64,000 bases of DNA from an uncultured virus (IMG/VR IMGVR_UViG_3300010348_000552) (IMGVR_UViG_3300010348_000552), one strand, 5' to 3'. Counted from the first letter of the stretch, positions 1 through 8,136 are shown. Notes: generated from the letters alone by a model not told the origin. Translations and numbers: made by a program.

Positions 1-496
1 GGTTCAGGTAGCCGCCGACGCTCAGGCCGTCCGGCAGCGCCTCCAGCCCGGTGCAGCCGCGCAGGTCCAGATCGCCCTTGACGCTCAGGCCGTCCGGCAG
101 CGCCTCCAGCCCGGTGCAGCCGCGCAGGTCCAGATCGCCCTTGACGCTCAGGCCGTCCGGCAGCGCCTCCAGCCCGGTGCAGCCGCTCAGATTCAGGTTT
201 CTGCCGACTTTGCCAGCAGCAAGCGCCTGCACTATCAGGTAGTTACTCAATTCGTTGCGCGTAGGCCAGAGCCGCAGAATTTCCAGGCGCTCGGCCTCGC
301 GCTCTGGCGTCATCTCCTGCCCGTGCGACAGTACGAGATTCGCCTCGCCATTCTGCTCCCACGTCCATCGCCGCGCATCATCGGGCAGCTGCCACAACTG
401 CACCGCCTCGGAGTGTCCTTTCAGATTCGGCGCGGCGAACGCCTGCAACCCCTCGCCATCCACCCAAGTCGTCAGAAACGACAAATACTCGCACAT
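1..496 (-). CDS. Leucine-rich repeat protein, runs off the window edge (not in ORF track)
   Basis: AAGGAG RBS then ATG at 496; reads MCEYLSFLTTW...RNLNLSGCTGLEALPDGLSVKGDLDLRGCTGLEALPDGLSV with no stop before base 1. Confidence 0.85.
   Translation of the reverse strand, partial: MCEYLSFLTTWVDGEGLQAFAAPNLKGHSEAVQLWQLPDDARRWTWEQNGEANLVLSHGQEMTPEREAERLEILRLWPTRNELSNYLIVQALAAGKVGRNLNLSGCTGLEALPDGLSVKGDLDLRGCTGLEALPDGLSVKGDLDLRGCTGLEALPDGLSVGGYLN
17..186. repeat. 63-bp tandem repeat (about 2.7 copies) encoding 21-aa LRR units
   Basis: gacgctcaggccgtcc recurs at 17, 80 and 143. Confidence 0.95.
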
Positions 497-520
497 TTCG
501 AGCTCCTTTCCGCGCGCATA

Positions 521-709
521 TCAAGCGTCTAAGTGTGCCGGGCAATGCACGCAGACCCAGGCCCGCCCGGTCAGGCCCCACCGCTCACGCAGGAGCATAG
601 AGCTCCCGCACACCGGACAGGTTCGCCGCGCCCGTGCCGGTCCCTGCCGAGGGGGCGGGCAGGTCCTGCCCCAATCCAACGGTCTCTTCTGCCGCGACAA
701 TGCTGCCAC
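521..709 (-). CDS. Small C4 zinc-ribbon protein, copy 1
   Basis: AGGAGG 8 nt before GTG at 709; CPVCGSSMLLRERWGLTGRAWVCVHCP. Confidence 0.6.
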   Translation of the reverse strand: MAALSRQKRPLDWGRTCPPPRQGPARARRTCPVCGSSMLLRERWGLTGRAWVCVHCPAHLDA

Positions 710-781
710 AGCGACCACCTCCTGCTATTGTGGGCTTAGCCGCCCGCCACCGGCCTCTCCCCCCAGGCCGGAAGCCGACGG

Positions 782-1021
782 CTAGGCCTGCGCTGCCCAT
801 TGCTCGCAAAGCGCAGCATCCGCCGCGGCGCTGCCCACCTCGTGCAGGTCTATTGGGTCTTCCTGCGCTTCCGCCACTTTCGCCCGCGCCTCACTGATCG
901 CCCAGATAGCCTTGGTGCGCCGCCCGGCACGCGCCTGCGCTATACTGCGAAACTCCTCTAGGTCGTCACGCCCTGGACAAGCGTAGGACGAACCGCCATA
1001 CCACAAACCAAAGACTCGCAT
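782..1021 (-). CDS. Hypothetical protein (MRVFGLWYGGSSY...), copy 1
   Basis: AAGGAG RBS before ATG at 1021. Confidence 0.65.
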   Translation of the reverse strand: MRVFGLWYGGSSYACPGRDDLEEFRSIAQARAGRRTKAIWAISEARAKVAEAQEDPIDLHEVGSAAADAALCEQWAAQA

Positions 1022-1047
1022 ATGTCGAGCTCCTTTCCGCGCGCATA

Positions 1048-1236
1048 TCAAGCGTCTAAGTGTGCCGGGCAATGCACGCAGACCCAGGCCCGCCCGGTCA
1101 GGCCCCACCGCTCACGCAGGAGCATAGAGCTCCCGCACACCGGACAGGTTCGCCGCGCCCGTGCCGGTCCCTGCCGAGGGGGCGGGCAGGTCCTGCCCCA
1201 ATCCAACGGTCTCTTCTGCCGCGACAATGCTGCCAC
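1048..1236 (-). CDS. Small C4 zinc-ribbon protein, copy 2
   Basis: Identical to 521-709. Confidence 0.6.
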   Translation of the reverse strand: MAALSRQKRPLDWGRTCPPPRQGPARARRTCPVCGSSMLLRERWGLTGRAWVCVHCPAHLDA

Positions 1237-1308
1237 AGCGACCACCTCCTGCTATTGTGGGCTTAGCCGCCCGCCACCGGCCTCTCCCCCCAGGCCGGAA
1301 GCCGACGG

Positions 1309-1548
1309 CTAGGCCTGCGCTGCCCATTGCTCGCAAAGCGCAGCATCCGCCGCGGCGCTGCCCACCTCGTGCAGGTCTATTGGGTCTTCCTGCGCTTCCG
1401 CCACTTTCGCCCGCGCCTCACTGATCGCCCAGATAGCCTTGGTGCGCCGCCCGGCACGCGCCTGCGCTATACTGCGAAACTCCTCTAGGTCGTCACGCCC
1501 TGGACAAGCGTAGGACGAACCGCCATACCACAAACCAAAGACTCGCAT
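1309..1548 (-). CDS. Hypothetical protein, copy 2
   Basis: Identical to 782-1021. Confidence 0.65.
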   Translation of the reverse strand: MRVFGLWYGGSSYACPGRDDLEEFRSIAQARAGRRTKAIWAISEARAKVAEAQEDPIDLHEVGSAAADAALCEQWAAQA

Positions 1549-1704
1549 ATGTCGAGCTCCTTTCCGCGCGCATATCAAGCGTCTAAGTGTGCCGGGCAAT
1601 GCACGCAGACCCAGGCCCGCCCGGTCAGGCCCCACCGCTCACGCAGGAGCATAGAGCTCCCGCACGGGGGGCGACCTCGCCCGCGCCCGCTGGGTGCCGC
1701 CTGG

Positions 1705-2334
1705 TCATATCTTGCCAAAATGTGGGACGTATTGGACGGCCTCCGCCAGTGCGCACGTATGGTCTATCACGTGCATGTCGTCCAGGGCGATTATGGCTGA
1801 GGCCAGCGACAATACTGTTGTGACCTCAAAGGCGCCGTAGGCGAATTGCTGGCAGGCCGTGTAGAGCAGCCGCCTCTCCTCCTCCACCAACCGCCCCACA
1901 TCTAGCGGGTCTTGCGACCGTGCACGCTCTTGCCCCGCCGCGATGCGCGCCGCTATCGTCTCGGGCGGTTCGCCTTGCGTCAGGCGCGGCCCTAACAATT
2001 CATCGGCGAGCGGCAGAGACGCCACCAATCGCACCGGATAGGCCGCCGCGCGCCGCCGCCGGCGCCTGGTGTAAGCGGCTATAGTAGCCGCGCTACAATC
2101 ACAGACGTACTGAGCGGCGCGATAACAGCCGCAGGGGCAGAGAGGTTCGGGGCGGATGTCAATGAGGTCCGTTACGAGGTGCAGGGCCTCCGCCAGTTGG
2201 TGCAGACTACCGCGCACGTTGGGACCACAAAGCATCACGTTGCGACCGGCAACCGCCGCCACCTCAAGGCCGCGCAGGACGTGCTCTTGGCCGGCTGTCG
2301 TTGTCAACCAGTGCAAGCGCATTGGGTCGGTCAT
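1705..2334 (-). CDS. Shortened YifB/ComM (Mg-chelatase-like) homolog
   Basis: RGLEVAAVAGRNVMLCGP, LCPCG, ETIAARIAAGQER, LAEAVQY resemble ComM/YifB; no Walker A GKT; AAGGAG RBS. Confidence 0.65.
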   Translation of the reverse strand: MTDPMRLHWLTTTAGQEHVLRGLEVAAVAGRNVMLCGPNVRGSLHQLAEALHLVTDLIDIRPEPLCPCGCYRAAQYVCDCSAATIAAYTRRRRRRAAAYPVRLVASLPLADELLGPRLTQGEPPETIAARIAAGQERARSQDPLDVGRLVEEERRLLYTACQQFAYGAFEVTTVLSLASAIIALDDMHVIDHTCALAEAVQYVPHFGKI

Positions 2335-2383
2335 CAATTTCGTCTCCTTGGTAGCACCGCGCCGCTCCGCAGGCGCGCGCTCA

Positions 2384-2608
2384 TCAGTCATTGACTACGT
2401 AGTGTTCCCCCCTGTAAACGAACGAGAGCACCGTGACCTCCTCTCCATCTGGTCTACCACCGAACAGCAACCACCGAAGACAGGCCGTGGCGTGCGCCGC
2501 GACTGCCGCATCGATGATATCCTCTGTGGGCGTCGTACTCGTCAGTTGTTCCAGTTGGGCGGGGTCGTCGGCCTTCAAGGCCTGGTGGATATCGGTGGTC
2601 GTGGTCAT
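2384..2608 (-). CDS. Hypothetical protein
   Basis: GGAGG RBS; N-terminus resembles that of 2717-3403. Confidence 0.65.
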   Translation of the reverse strand: MTTTTDIHQALKADDPAQLEQLTSTTPTEDIIDAAVAAHATACLRWLLFGGRPDGEEVTVLSFVYRGEHYVVND

Positions 2609-2652
2609 GGTCGTCATCCTCCGCGCGTTGGCGAGCCGCGCCCCTCGGGTTA

Positions 2653-2707
2653 TCCCGCGACCGCCCCGGTGGGGCGGTTTCGCCGCTCGGCGGCTCGTCA
2701 GGCGGGA
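2653..2707 (-). ncRNA. Type I hammerhead ribozyme
   Basis: UCCCGC-CUGACGA-GCCGC(CGA)GCGGC-GAAA-CCGCCCC(ACC)GGGGCGG-UC^GCGGGA: complete core and three stems, intergenic. Confidence 0.92.
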
Positions 2708-2716
2708 GGGTGGTGG

Positions 2717-3403
2717 TCAGTAGACCACCACCACATAGTCCGGTGGGGCCGCCTCGCCGTGGGCGAGGACATAGTCCGCGCCGGGTTGCATGGCCAGCGC
2801 GGCCGCCGCGGCCTCGGCGTAGCTGCGGAAGCCGAGGGGGTCGCCGTCCTCATCGGTGACGATGCGGGGCCGTGGGGCCCCGTAGGTCCCCTCGTAGTAG
2901 GAGGGGACCTCAAGGACGTAGTAGTCGTCTGGGTCTGACTGGCCCGGCCCGGCGCGCCGGACTATGGTGCCCCGGTCCCAGGGGATACCCCAGGACTCGA
3001 GGAGGGCGGGCATGTCCCACCAGGGGACATCCGCGCCGTAAACGCCATAGTCCTCGACGATGTAGACAGCGGCGGAGTCGGGGCCGGGGTCTGTGTCCTG
3101 GCTCCACACCTCTGTCCAGTACTGCCCGATGGCGTCATGGGTAGCGTACACGACCTTGGCGCCGTCGGTGGTGACGGCGCGGAGGATAGACTGGTCCTCG
3201 CCGAGCGCGGCCACCGTGAGGCCGGCCGCCTCGGCGGCATCACGACCAAGGTCGTTGTAAATGTAGTGCAGGCACTCGGCGGCCATTGCGTCCGCCGCCG
3301 CCCGTACCACCTCCGCGTAGTCTATGTTATCGGCGTCCCGCAGTGCATCCACCAGCTGCTGCTTGCCATCGTCGTTGATGGCCTCAATAATGCGCTTGTC
3401 CAT
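2717..3403 (-). CDS. Hypothetical acidic protein
   Basis: 228-aa ORF with GAGGAGG RBS. Confidence 0.8.
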   Translation of the reverse strand: MDKRIIEAINDDGKQQLVDALRDADNIDYAEVVRAAADAMAAECLHYIYNDLGRDAAEAAGLTVAALGEDQSILRAVTTDGAKVVYATHDAIGQYWTEVWSQDTDPGPDSAAVYIVEDYGVYGADVPWWDMPALLESWGIPWDRGTIVRRAGPGQSDPDDYYVLEVPSYYEGTYGAPRPRIVTDEDGDPLGFRSYAEAAAAALAMQPGADYVLAHGEAAPPDYVVVVY

Positions 3404-3435
3404 CTTCGTCCTCCTCTGCGCGTTGCGCTATATCA

Positions 3436-3552
3436 ATATCAAGCGTCTAAGTGTGCCGGGCAATGCACGCAGACCCAGGCCCGCCCGGTCAGGCCCCACC
3501 GCTCACGCAGGAGCATAGAGCTCCCGCACACCGGACAGGTTCGCCGCGCCCG
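3436..3552. repeat. Dispersed 117-bp copy of 518-634
   Basis: atatcaagcgtctaag...cgccgcgcccg identical. Confidence 0.95.
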
Positions 3553-3562
3553 CTGCCTATTC

Positions 3563-3913
3563 TTAGACCGCAATCGGCAACTTTGGCGACTCGCCCCGGT
3601 CAATAGCCGCCCAGAAGTCCGCCCACTCACTGCGCTGATCCTCCGGTTCCTCGCCGGTCCCGTTGCAATAGTGACAGGTGACAACCCCGCGCCGACCGTC
3701 GGCCAGGAACCCGGCTTCCTTGCCCCAACCGTTGCAGGACGGACACTTCGGCTTGCGGCCCATGCCCCACTGACAGGACGGGCAACCTTCGCCCGCCAGG
3801 AACTTCCTCGCTTCCTCCGGCGACAGGGCACAATTCTCGTCACCCCGCGCCGCCGGGTATACTTCGGCCATATCCCAAGGTTCGCCGCACTTCGTGCAAT
3901 AGGTATCGCCCAC
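3563..3913 (-). CDS. Cys-rich protein with DnaJ-like CxxCxGxG motifs
   Basis: AAGGAGG then GTG at 3913; CTKCG, CPSC, CPSCNGWG, CHYCNGTG. Confidence 0.75.
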   Translation of the reverse strand: MGDTYCTKCGEPWDMAEVYPAARGDENCALSPEEARKFLAGEGCPSCQWGMGRKPKCPSCNGWGKEAGFLADGRRGVVTCHYCNGTGEEPEDQRSEWADFWAAIDRGESPKLPIAV

Positions 3914-3936
3914 GAGACTCGCCTCCTTGTTTGCTT

Positions 3937-3992
3937 GCCGCGACCTGCGCTTGCCCCGCGCAGGTTTCTGCCCTTCGGCTTCGTCGGGCGGC
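3937..3992 (-). ncRNA. Variant type I hammerhead ribozyme
   Basis: GCCGC-CCGACGA-AGCC(GAAG)GGCA-GAAA-CCUGCGC(7 nt)GCGCAGG-UC^GCGGC; U4 is C and the base of stem II is an A-A mismatch. Confidence 0.75.
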
Positions 3993-4004
3993 CCGACCTC
4001 GCCG

Positions 4005-4169
4005 CTACCCGTCGCCGCACCCGCAAGCCGCCCGCCACCGATACCAGTCAAATGCCGGATTCTCGCGCTTGCAGAGCTGCCCCACTTTCGAGCATAACTC
4101 CTCCCGCGTTGCCTTGTCGCCCACCGCCGCGATGATCGCCGCCAACTTCACGAAATGCCGCTTGCTCAT
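4005..4169 (-). CDS. Small hypothetical protein (MSKRHFVKLA...NPAFDWYRW)
   Basis: AAGGAGG RBS before ATG at 4169. Confidence 0.75.
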   Translation of the reverse strand: MSKRHFVKLAAIIAAVGDKATREELCSKVGQLCKRENPAFDWYRWRAACGCGDG

Positions 4170-4183
4170 TTTGAGACGCCTCC

Positions 4184-4294
4184 TTATTGCAGGCCCAAGG
4201 CCTGCGCGATTGCCCAGATTAGAGCGTAACTGCCCACGACTGCCCCCACCTCTGCGCCGAAGACCGCTACCACGATAGACCAGTCCCCGAACAT
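4184..4294 (-). CDS. 36-aa hydrophobic peptide (not in ORF track)
   Basis: AGGAGG RBS; MFGDWSIVVAVFGAEVGAVVGSYALIWAIAQALGLQ; fills the gap exactly. Confidence 0.6.
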   Translation of the reverse strand: MFGDWSIVVAVFGAEVGAVVGSYALIWAIAQALGLQ

Positions 4295-4305
4295 GCCCCC
4301 ACCTC

Positions 4306-4833
4306 CTACCGAATGCGTTGCACGGCGACAGTCCACGGGAAGGCCCGCCCTTTTTCCTGCGCCTCGGCCATGTTCGACTCACAGAAGGCGAAGTAACGCA
4401 GACGCTCGGGATCGTCGCCGGTATATTCGGCCCGCTGCTTCCGCTGCTTCGCTTCCTCCTGGTCAAGTGCGGCGAGGTGTTCCTGCCATTCCTTGCGCTC
4501 GGCTTCCTGCGCCTGCAAGACCTCGGCTTCGCAGGTTGCCCAAGAGGGACCGTAGTAGTTCCGTCCCCACCGCTTCGGCTGCAACTCGTAAACCGGACCC
4601 TGCCATTCCTGAATCCCGTTGCAGTGATTCAGTCGGGCAACCTTGTATTCCCGCGCCTTCGCCCCCGGCAGGAGCAACGTGTATTCCCCCGCGCCGAGGT
4701 ACATCCCGTCCCCTTGGTCGCGCTCAACATTCTGCAAGGTGACCAGATACCACTTCGAGTCAAGGACCCGCACCTTCCGAACCGGGCAATAGCCCGGCGC
4801 TGCAAACGACCGAACCGCGTCAAGTCTAGTCAT
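4306..4833 (-). CDS. Hypothetical protein
   Basis: 175-aa ORF, ATGA overlap with upstream ORF. Confidence 0.75.
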   Translation of the reverse strand: MTRLDAVRSFAAPGYCPVRKVRVLDSKWYLVTLQNVERDQGDGMYLGAGEYTLLLPGAKAREYKVARLNHCNGIQEWQGPVYELQPKRWGRNYYGPSWATCEAEVLQAQEAERKEWQEHLAALDQEEAKQRKQRAEYTGDDPERLRYFAFCESNMAEAQEKGRAFPWTVAVQRIR

Positions 4834-4958
4834 TGCCTTCCCACCTTTCCCGCCCGGCGAAGCAGCCGGGCTATAGTGATCTTATTCCGAGCCCACAGGG
4901 CAACGAGTCGGCCCTGCGCTTGGTCTTCCGCAACCGGCGACCCCAGGAGCTGAGACAC
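4830..4958 (-). CDS. Small hypothetical protein
   Basis: AGGAGG then GTG at 4958. Confidence 0.5.
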   Translation of the reverse strand: MSQLLGSPVAEDQAQGRLVALWARNKITIARLLRRAGKVGRQ

Positions 4959-5028
4959 CCCGCCCACCTCCTCGCCGAAACACCTGCCCTTGCCCTCCTC
5001 CCTAGGGCAAGGGCAGAGGTTCCCGCGC

Positions 5029-5238
5029 CTACCCCACGATTCGCGAACCTGGACGCGAAATACACTGAGCATCAATCCCGTCAGACAGGTAAACCGTGTC
5101 CTTGTCTATAGCCGAAATGATCTTCCGCACTTCGCATTGGTGGAATCCGTAGTCGAACAGCCAGTCTTCGCAGGTCTTGCGCGAACCTTCTACCGTTTCC
5201 GGCATCCGCGAAGGGTCCCGCCAGATATAGACCTTCAT
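5029..5238 (-). CDS. Hypothetical protein
   Basis: 69-aa ORF, purine-rich RBS, directly after a hammerhead. Confidence 0.65.
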   Translation of the reverse strand: MKVYIWRDPSRMPETVEGSRKTCEDWLFDYGFHQCEVRKIISAIDKDTVYLSDGIDAQCISRPGSRIVG

Positions 5239-5262
5239 TTCGCTACCCCTTTCCTGTGTTTA

Positions 5263-5313
5263 GCCCACGACCTCCCTAAGGAGGTTTCGTCCTTACGGAC
5301 TCATCAGGTGGGC
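5263..5313 (-). ncRNA. Type I hammerhead ribozyme
   Basis: GCCCAC-CUGAUGA-GUCC(GUAA)GGAC-GAAA-CCUCC(UUAG)GGAGG-UC^GUGGGC: perfect consensus. Confidence 0.95.
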
Positions 5314-5317
5314 CGAG

Positions 5318-5584
5318 CTAGTCCTCCTCGTATTCGCCACTGGCGCAGTGGCAGCCAGGATCGGCGCAGTCGCATTCTGTCACTTCGCAATAGGTCAGGT
5401 CATGCTTGTGGGCGTTCAGGTAGGCAAGGCCGCACTGCCGCAGCTCCTTGGCCACGCGGCCATTCGGCGGAAGGTCAAGCATGAACACCAGAGACTCTTC
5501 GGCTTGCTTCTTGGTGGGGTAGGCTTCGCAGGATTCTGGCAAACACCCCGAAAACCCGTACATAGCAATATAGTGCTTCGCCAT
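5318..5584 (-). CDS. Hypothetical protein, first gene of the leftward operon
   Basis: AGGAGG RBS, ATG at 5584. Confidence 0.75.
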   Translation of the reverse strand: MAKHYIAMYGFSGCLPESCEAYPTKKQAEESLVFMLDLPPNGRVAKELRQCGLAYLNAHKHDLTYCEVTECDCADPGCHCASGEYEED

Positions 5585-5626
5585 AGTAGACACCTCCTAG
5601 AGTGTTCGGCCCTCTGCTATGGTGCC

Positions 5627-5654
5627 ATTATAACACCTGCCCACCACAGGACAA
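5627..5654 (-). promoter_or_regulatory. Sigma70-type promoter of the leftward operon
   Basis: TTGTCC-16 nt-TATAAT with extended -10 TG. Confidence 0.7.
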
Positions 5655-5870
5655 GGCTTTTTTTAGCCCACTAGAGTCCGCCGCCCCCCCACCGGCCCAA
5701 CTAACGCAACCCAGCCAATCCTCACGCGCCCAACAGCCGAATAATAGTAGACTCGAGTCCACCCTATTCAAGCCCCATAGAGACCGCGCACCCAACCCTC
5801 CCAAGGCACCCTTGTACTATCGCCCATAGTAGCCACGGTCCGCTATTATAGAAGGGCTCTAAATAAGCCG

Positions 5871-5932
5871 CCAGCCCCGGCCAACCCCGGCCAACCCCGG
5901 CCAACCCCACCCACCCACCCACCCACCCAACC
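5871..5932. repeat. CCAACCCCGG tandem repeats followed by a (CCCA)n run
   Basis: Directly visible. Confidence 0.85.
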
Positions 5933-6714
5933 ACACCCGAGCTACAACCAGACACCAGACACGACACTACACTAACACTAACAACCCCCAATCCCCACAA
6001 GGTAGGAGCTACGCCACATAACGACACCACCATAGGGATGACTCCGATAGGGAGGGTTACCACCTTCCGCCCTAGCGCCTTCGCTTGTCGCGTGCAAGTT
6101 GGTGGCCGGGATCGGCGCAGGGCCAGGTTGCGACTGGTGGCCGGCTCGCCACCAGTGGCCGCACAGGCACGCCTAAGTTGGCTCGCCACCAGTGGCCGCA
6201 CAGGTCGGCCCGCAGTGATTACATAATTTCAACGTTTGGCGAAAGACCCCACCACACCCCGGCTTGACCCCACCCCGGCAGTGGTGTGTCAGGCCCGTCT
6301 CGTAACAGCTAAGAACCATTTTCCGCAAATGGGTGTGGTTTTGGATTTGGTTGTGGGGAGGTGTTGGGAGGGCTTGATGTTGGTGTGTTTGGTGGTGGTA
6401 GGGTGGGGTTGAGTCCAACGGTTTTTGTTGGACTTGGGGTTGTTTTGGTAAGAATTTCCCTACAGTGGGACACTGGATTTTGAGGGGTTGTGGGTTGACA
6501 GAGTGGGGCTGGTGGACATGGGCGGAGGCGGTGTGGGAGCGGGGTTGGGTTGGGATTTGGTTGGTGGATGGTTGGTGCTATGACGGGCGTGGTGGTATAT
6601 ACCCTGTTTGGAGGATTGCGTCAGTCGTTGGTGGGTGGGTTAGAGTGGCATGGATGTCTGGTTATTGTGGTTAGGGAGTGGTTGTGTGGGTGGCGGCAGT
6701 GGTCCACGTTTGGA

Positions 6715-7023
6715 TTAGGGTTGGCTTTGGGCGGCGTGCAGGAGGCTGGCGTTGGCGATCTGGGCGTAGTGGGGGTCGAGTTGGCAGCCGAGGAAGTGGC
6801 GGTGGTTTTTGCTGGCGGCAAGGCCGGTGGTGCCGGAGCCGGTAAAGTGGTCGAGGACGGTGGCGTTGGTGGTGGCGAGGAAGTCTATTAGGTAGGCGAA
6901 GGGGCGGACGGGCTTGCGTGTCTGGTGACACTGTTTTGCTGGTTCAACAGTTCCCCGTTTGTCATGTTGTGCGGGGTGATGTTGGTAGCCCCTGGTTTCT
7001 CCTCTGTAGGATTGGCGTGGTTG
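6715..7023 (-). pseudogene. C-terminal remnant of an N6/N4 DNA methyltransferase
   Basis: Frame without a start codon reads HQTRKPVRPFAYLIDFLATTNATVLDHFTGSGTTGLAASKNHRHFLGCQLDPHYAQIA (HPTQKP and FxGSG motifs); catalytic motif absent. Confidence 0.75.
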
Positions 7024-7300
7024 TCATTACGCAGCCGTCTCGATCATGGTCAATCACTACCCCCATATAGTCGTGACACTGTAAGCATGTTACTGACAAC
7101 TGGCTGATGCGGAACCGACGCCAGACCCACCGCAGCAGCACCGGGTCCCACTCCCACAGGCCACAGGTGCAGCGGAGCGTCTTGTCCTCGGGGGGGAAGT
7201 AGCCCAGGTCGGGCTTGAGATCGTCGTTGCCCCTCGCACCAGGGTCTTCGTTGGCACGGAGGGCGTCGTCGTAGCGGAAATGGCGTGCGGAGAGTGCCAT
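6962..7300 (-). CDS. Hypothetical protein with CxC/CxxC
   Basis: 112-aa ORF coupled to the upstream stop (TAATG). Confidence 0.55.
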   Translation of the reverse strand: MALSARHFRYDDALRANEDPGARGNDDLKPDLGYFPPEDKTLRCTCGLWEWDPVLLRWVWRRFRISQLSVTCLQCHDYMGVVIDHDRDGCVMTTTPILQRRNQGLPTSPRTT

Positions 7301-7671
7301 TAGCTAGTCATCAGAAGGGACATCTGCTTCGGTCCTTTGCCTTCGATATTTCGGTCTACCCAGTCGCACAATCCCTGGTATTGACCAGACACCGTATGCC
7401 ACCAACCAGTGCCGTCTACACTCTCACAACCTAAGTCTTGGTATCTCCACAGAAGTTCGACCCGGTTGATACGAGTTGCATGTACCCAACCGAATATCCC
7501 AGTCCAATAGGGCAACGTCCTAAGTTTTCCACCATAAAGCGTTAGTGGCATGACTATCCCGTAGAAGTTTGGTTCTTTCTACCACAACTTACCTACCAAT
7601 AGCCTGCCACAGCCAACAATCTCATCGTGCAGTATTACCTCGAAGGCATTGACAGCTTGGTATTCGTTCAT
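7300..7671 (-). pseudogene. Phage protein (WVHATRIN...ESVDGTGW) interrupted by an in-frame TAG at 7579-7581
   Basis: GAGG RBS and ATG at 7671 are in frame with ORF 7300-7551, with one TAG between. Confidence 0.5.
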
Positions 7672-7685
7672 GGCAACCTCAATAG

Positions 7686-7760
7686 TGGTGGACCCGGCTG
7701 GTATCGAACCAGCGGCCTAACGGTTATGAGCCGTCTGTTCTACCCCTGAGCTACAGGTCC
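7686..7760 (-). tRNA. tRNA with CAT anticodon, probably Ile2
   Basis: GGACCTG/CGGGTCC-A-CCA acceptor; GACGG-CTCATAA-CCGTT arm; TTCGATA T-loop; C4-G69 and C5-G68 fit TilS-recognised tRNA-Ile2. Confidence 0.92.
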
Positions 7761-8043
7761 CGGTTTCTGTGGTGGTGGAGGCCAACCGTGACTGTGACTT
7801 CAGGAGTGCCCACAGCTTCCAGCACTCGACCCCGTAGGTGCCTCGGCGGGTTGCTTTGTCGCAGCGGGAGTTGGGATCGTCGCATTGATAGGCACCGATC
7901 TTCTCGGTGGGGCGGGGACAGCCTTCGTCGGTGTAGAAGGGGCACTCTTCGGTATCGGCGAGTGTTTCGGCGAGGTCGTCAATGATGACCTCGGCCAGCT
8001 TCTGTAGTTCGTCGTGGAGTTGGGTCAGTCGTTCGTCAGTCAT
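7717..8043 (-). CDS. Hypothetical Cys-containing protein
   Basis: GGAGG RBS, ATG at 8043, upstream promoter; 3' end overlaps the tRNA. Confidence 0.7.
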   Translation of the reverse strand: MTDERLTQLHDELQKLAEVIIDDLAETLADTEECPFYTDEGCPRPTEKIGAYQCDDPNSRCDKATRRGTYGVECWKLWALLKSQSRLASTTTETGTCSSGVEQTAHNR

Positions 8044-8060
8044 GGTTGGCCTCCGCACTA

Positions 8061-8090
8061 AGGATAGCACTAAGGCCAACTAAGCGTCAA
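8061..8090 (-). promoter_or_regulatory. Promoter carrying CTTAGT repeats
   Basis: TTGACG-18 nt-TATCCT. Confidence 0.6.
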
Positions 8091-8096
8091 CTGGCA

Positions 8097-8133
8097 AAAT
8101 TGCAGGAGCCCCCACTGGTTGAGTGGAGGCTCC
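8097..8133 (-). terminator. Probable intrinsic terminator
   Basis: AGGAGCCTCCACT/AGTGGGGGCTCCT stem then GCAATTTTG. Confidence 0.55.
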
Positions 8134-8136
8134 TAC

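Larger units (their letters stand above)
498..1665. repeat. 527-bp direct tandem duplication (498-1024, 1025-1551) plus partial third copy (1552-1665)
   Basis: Identical sequence and identical ORF-track entries offset by 527. Confidence 0.95.

Noticed and set aside
518..634. Hatchet-like ribozyme in the repeated block (GUGGGGC...AGACG resemblance)
   Set aside because: The closing stem is not convincing and the block reads well as a CxxC...CxxC zinc ribbon with a strong RBS
498..1665. CRISPR array or integron cassettes
   Set aside because: Units are long exact duplications of coding DNA with no unique spacers, no attC-like structure and no cas or intI gene
5764..6891. ORFs in the low-complexity skewed region
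   Set aside because: Composition artefacts, apart from the methyltransferase remnant
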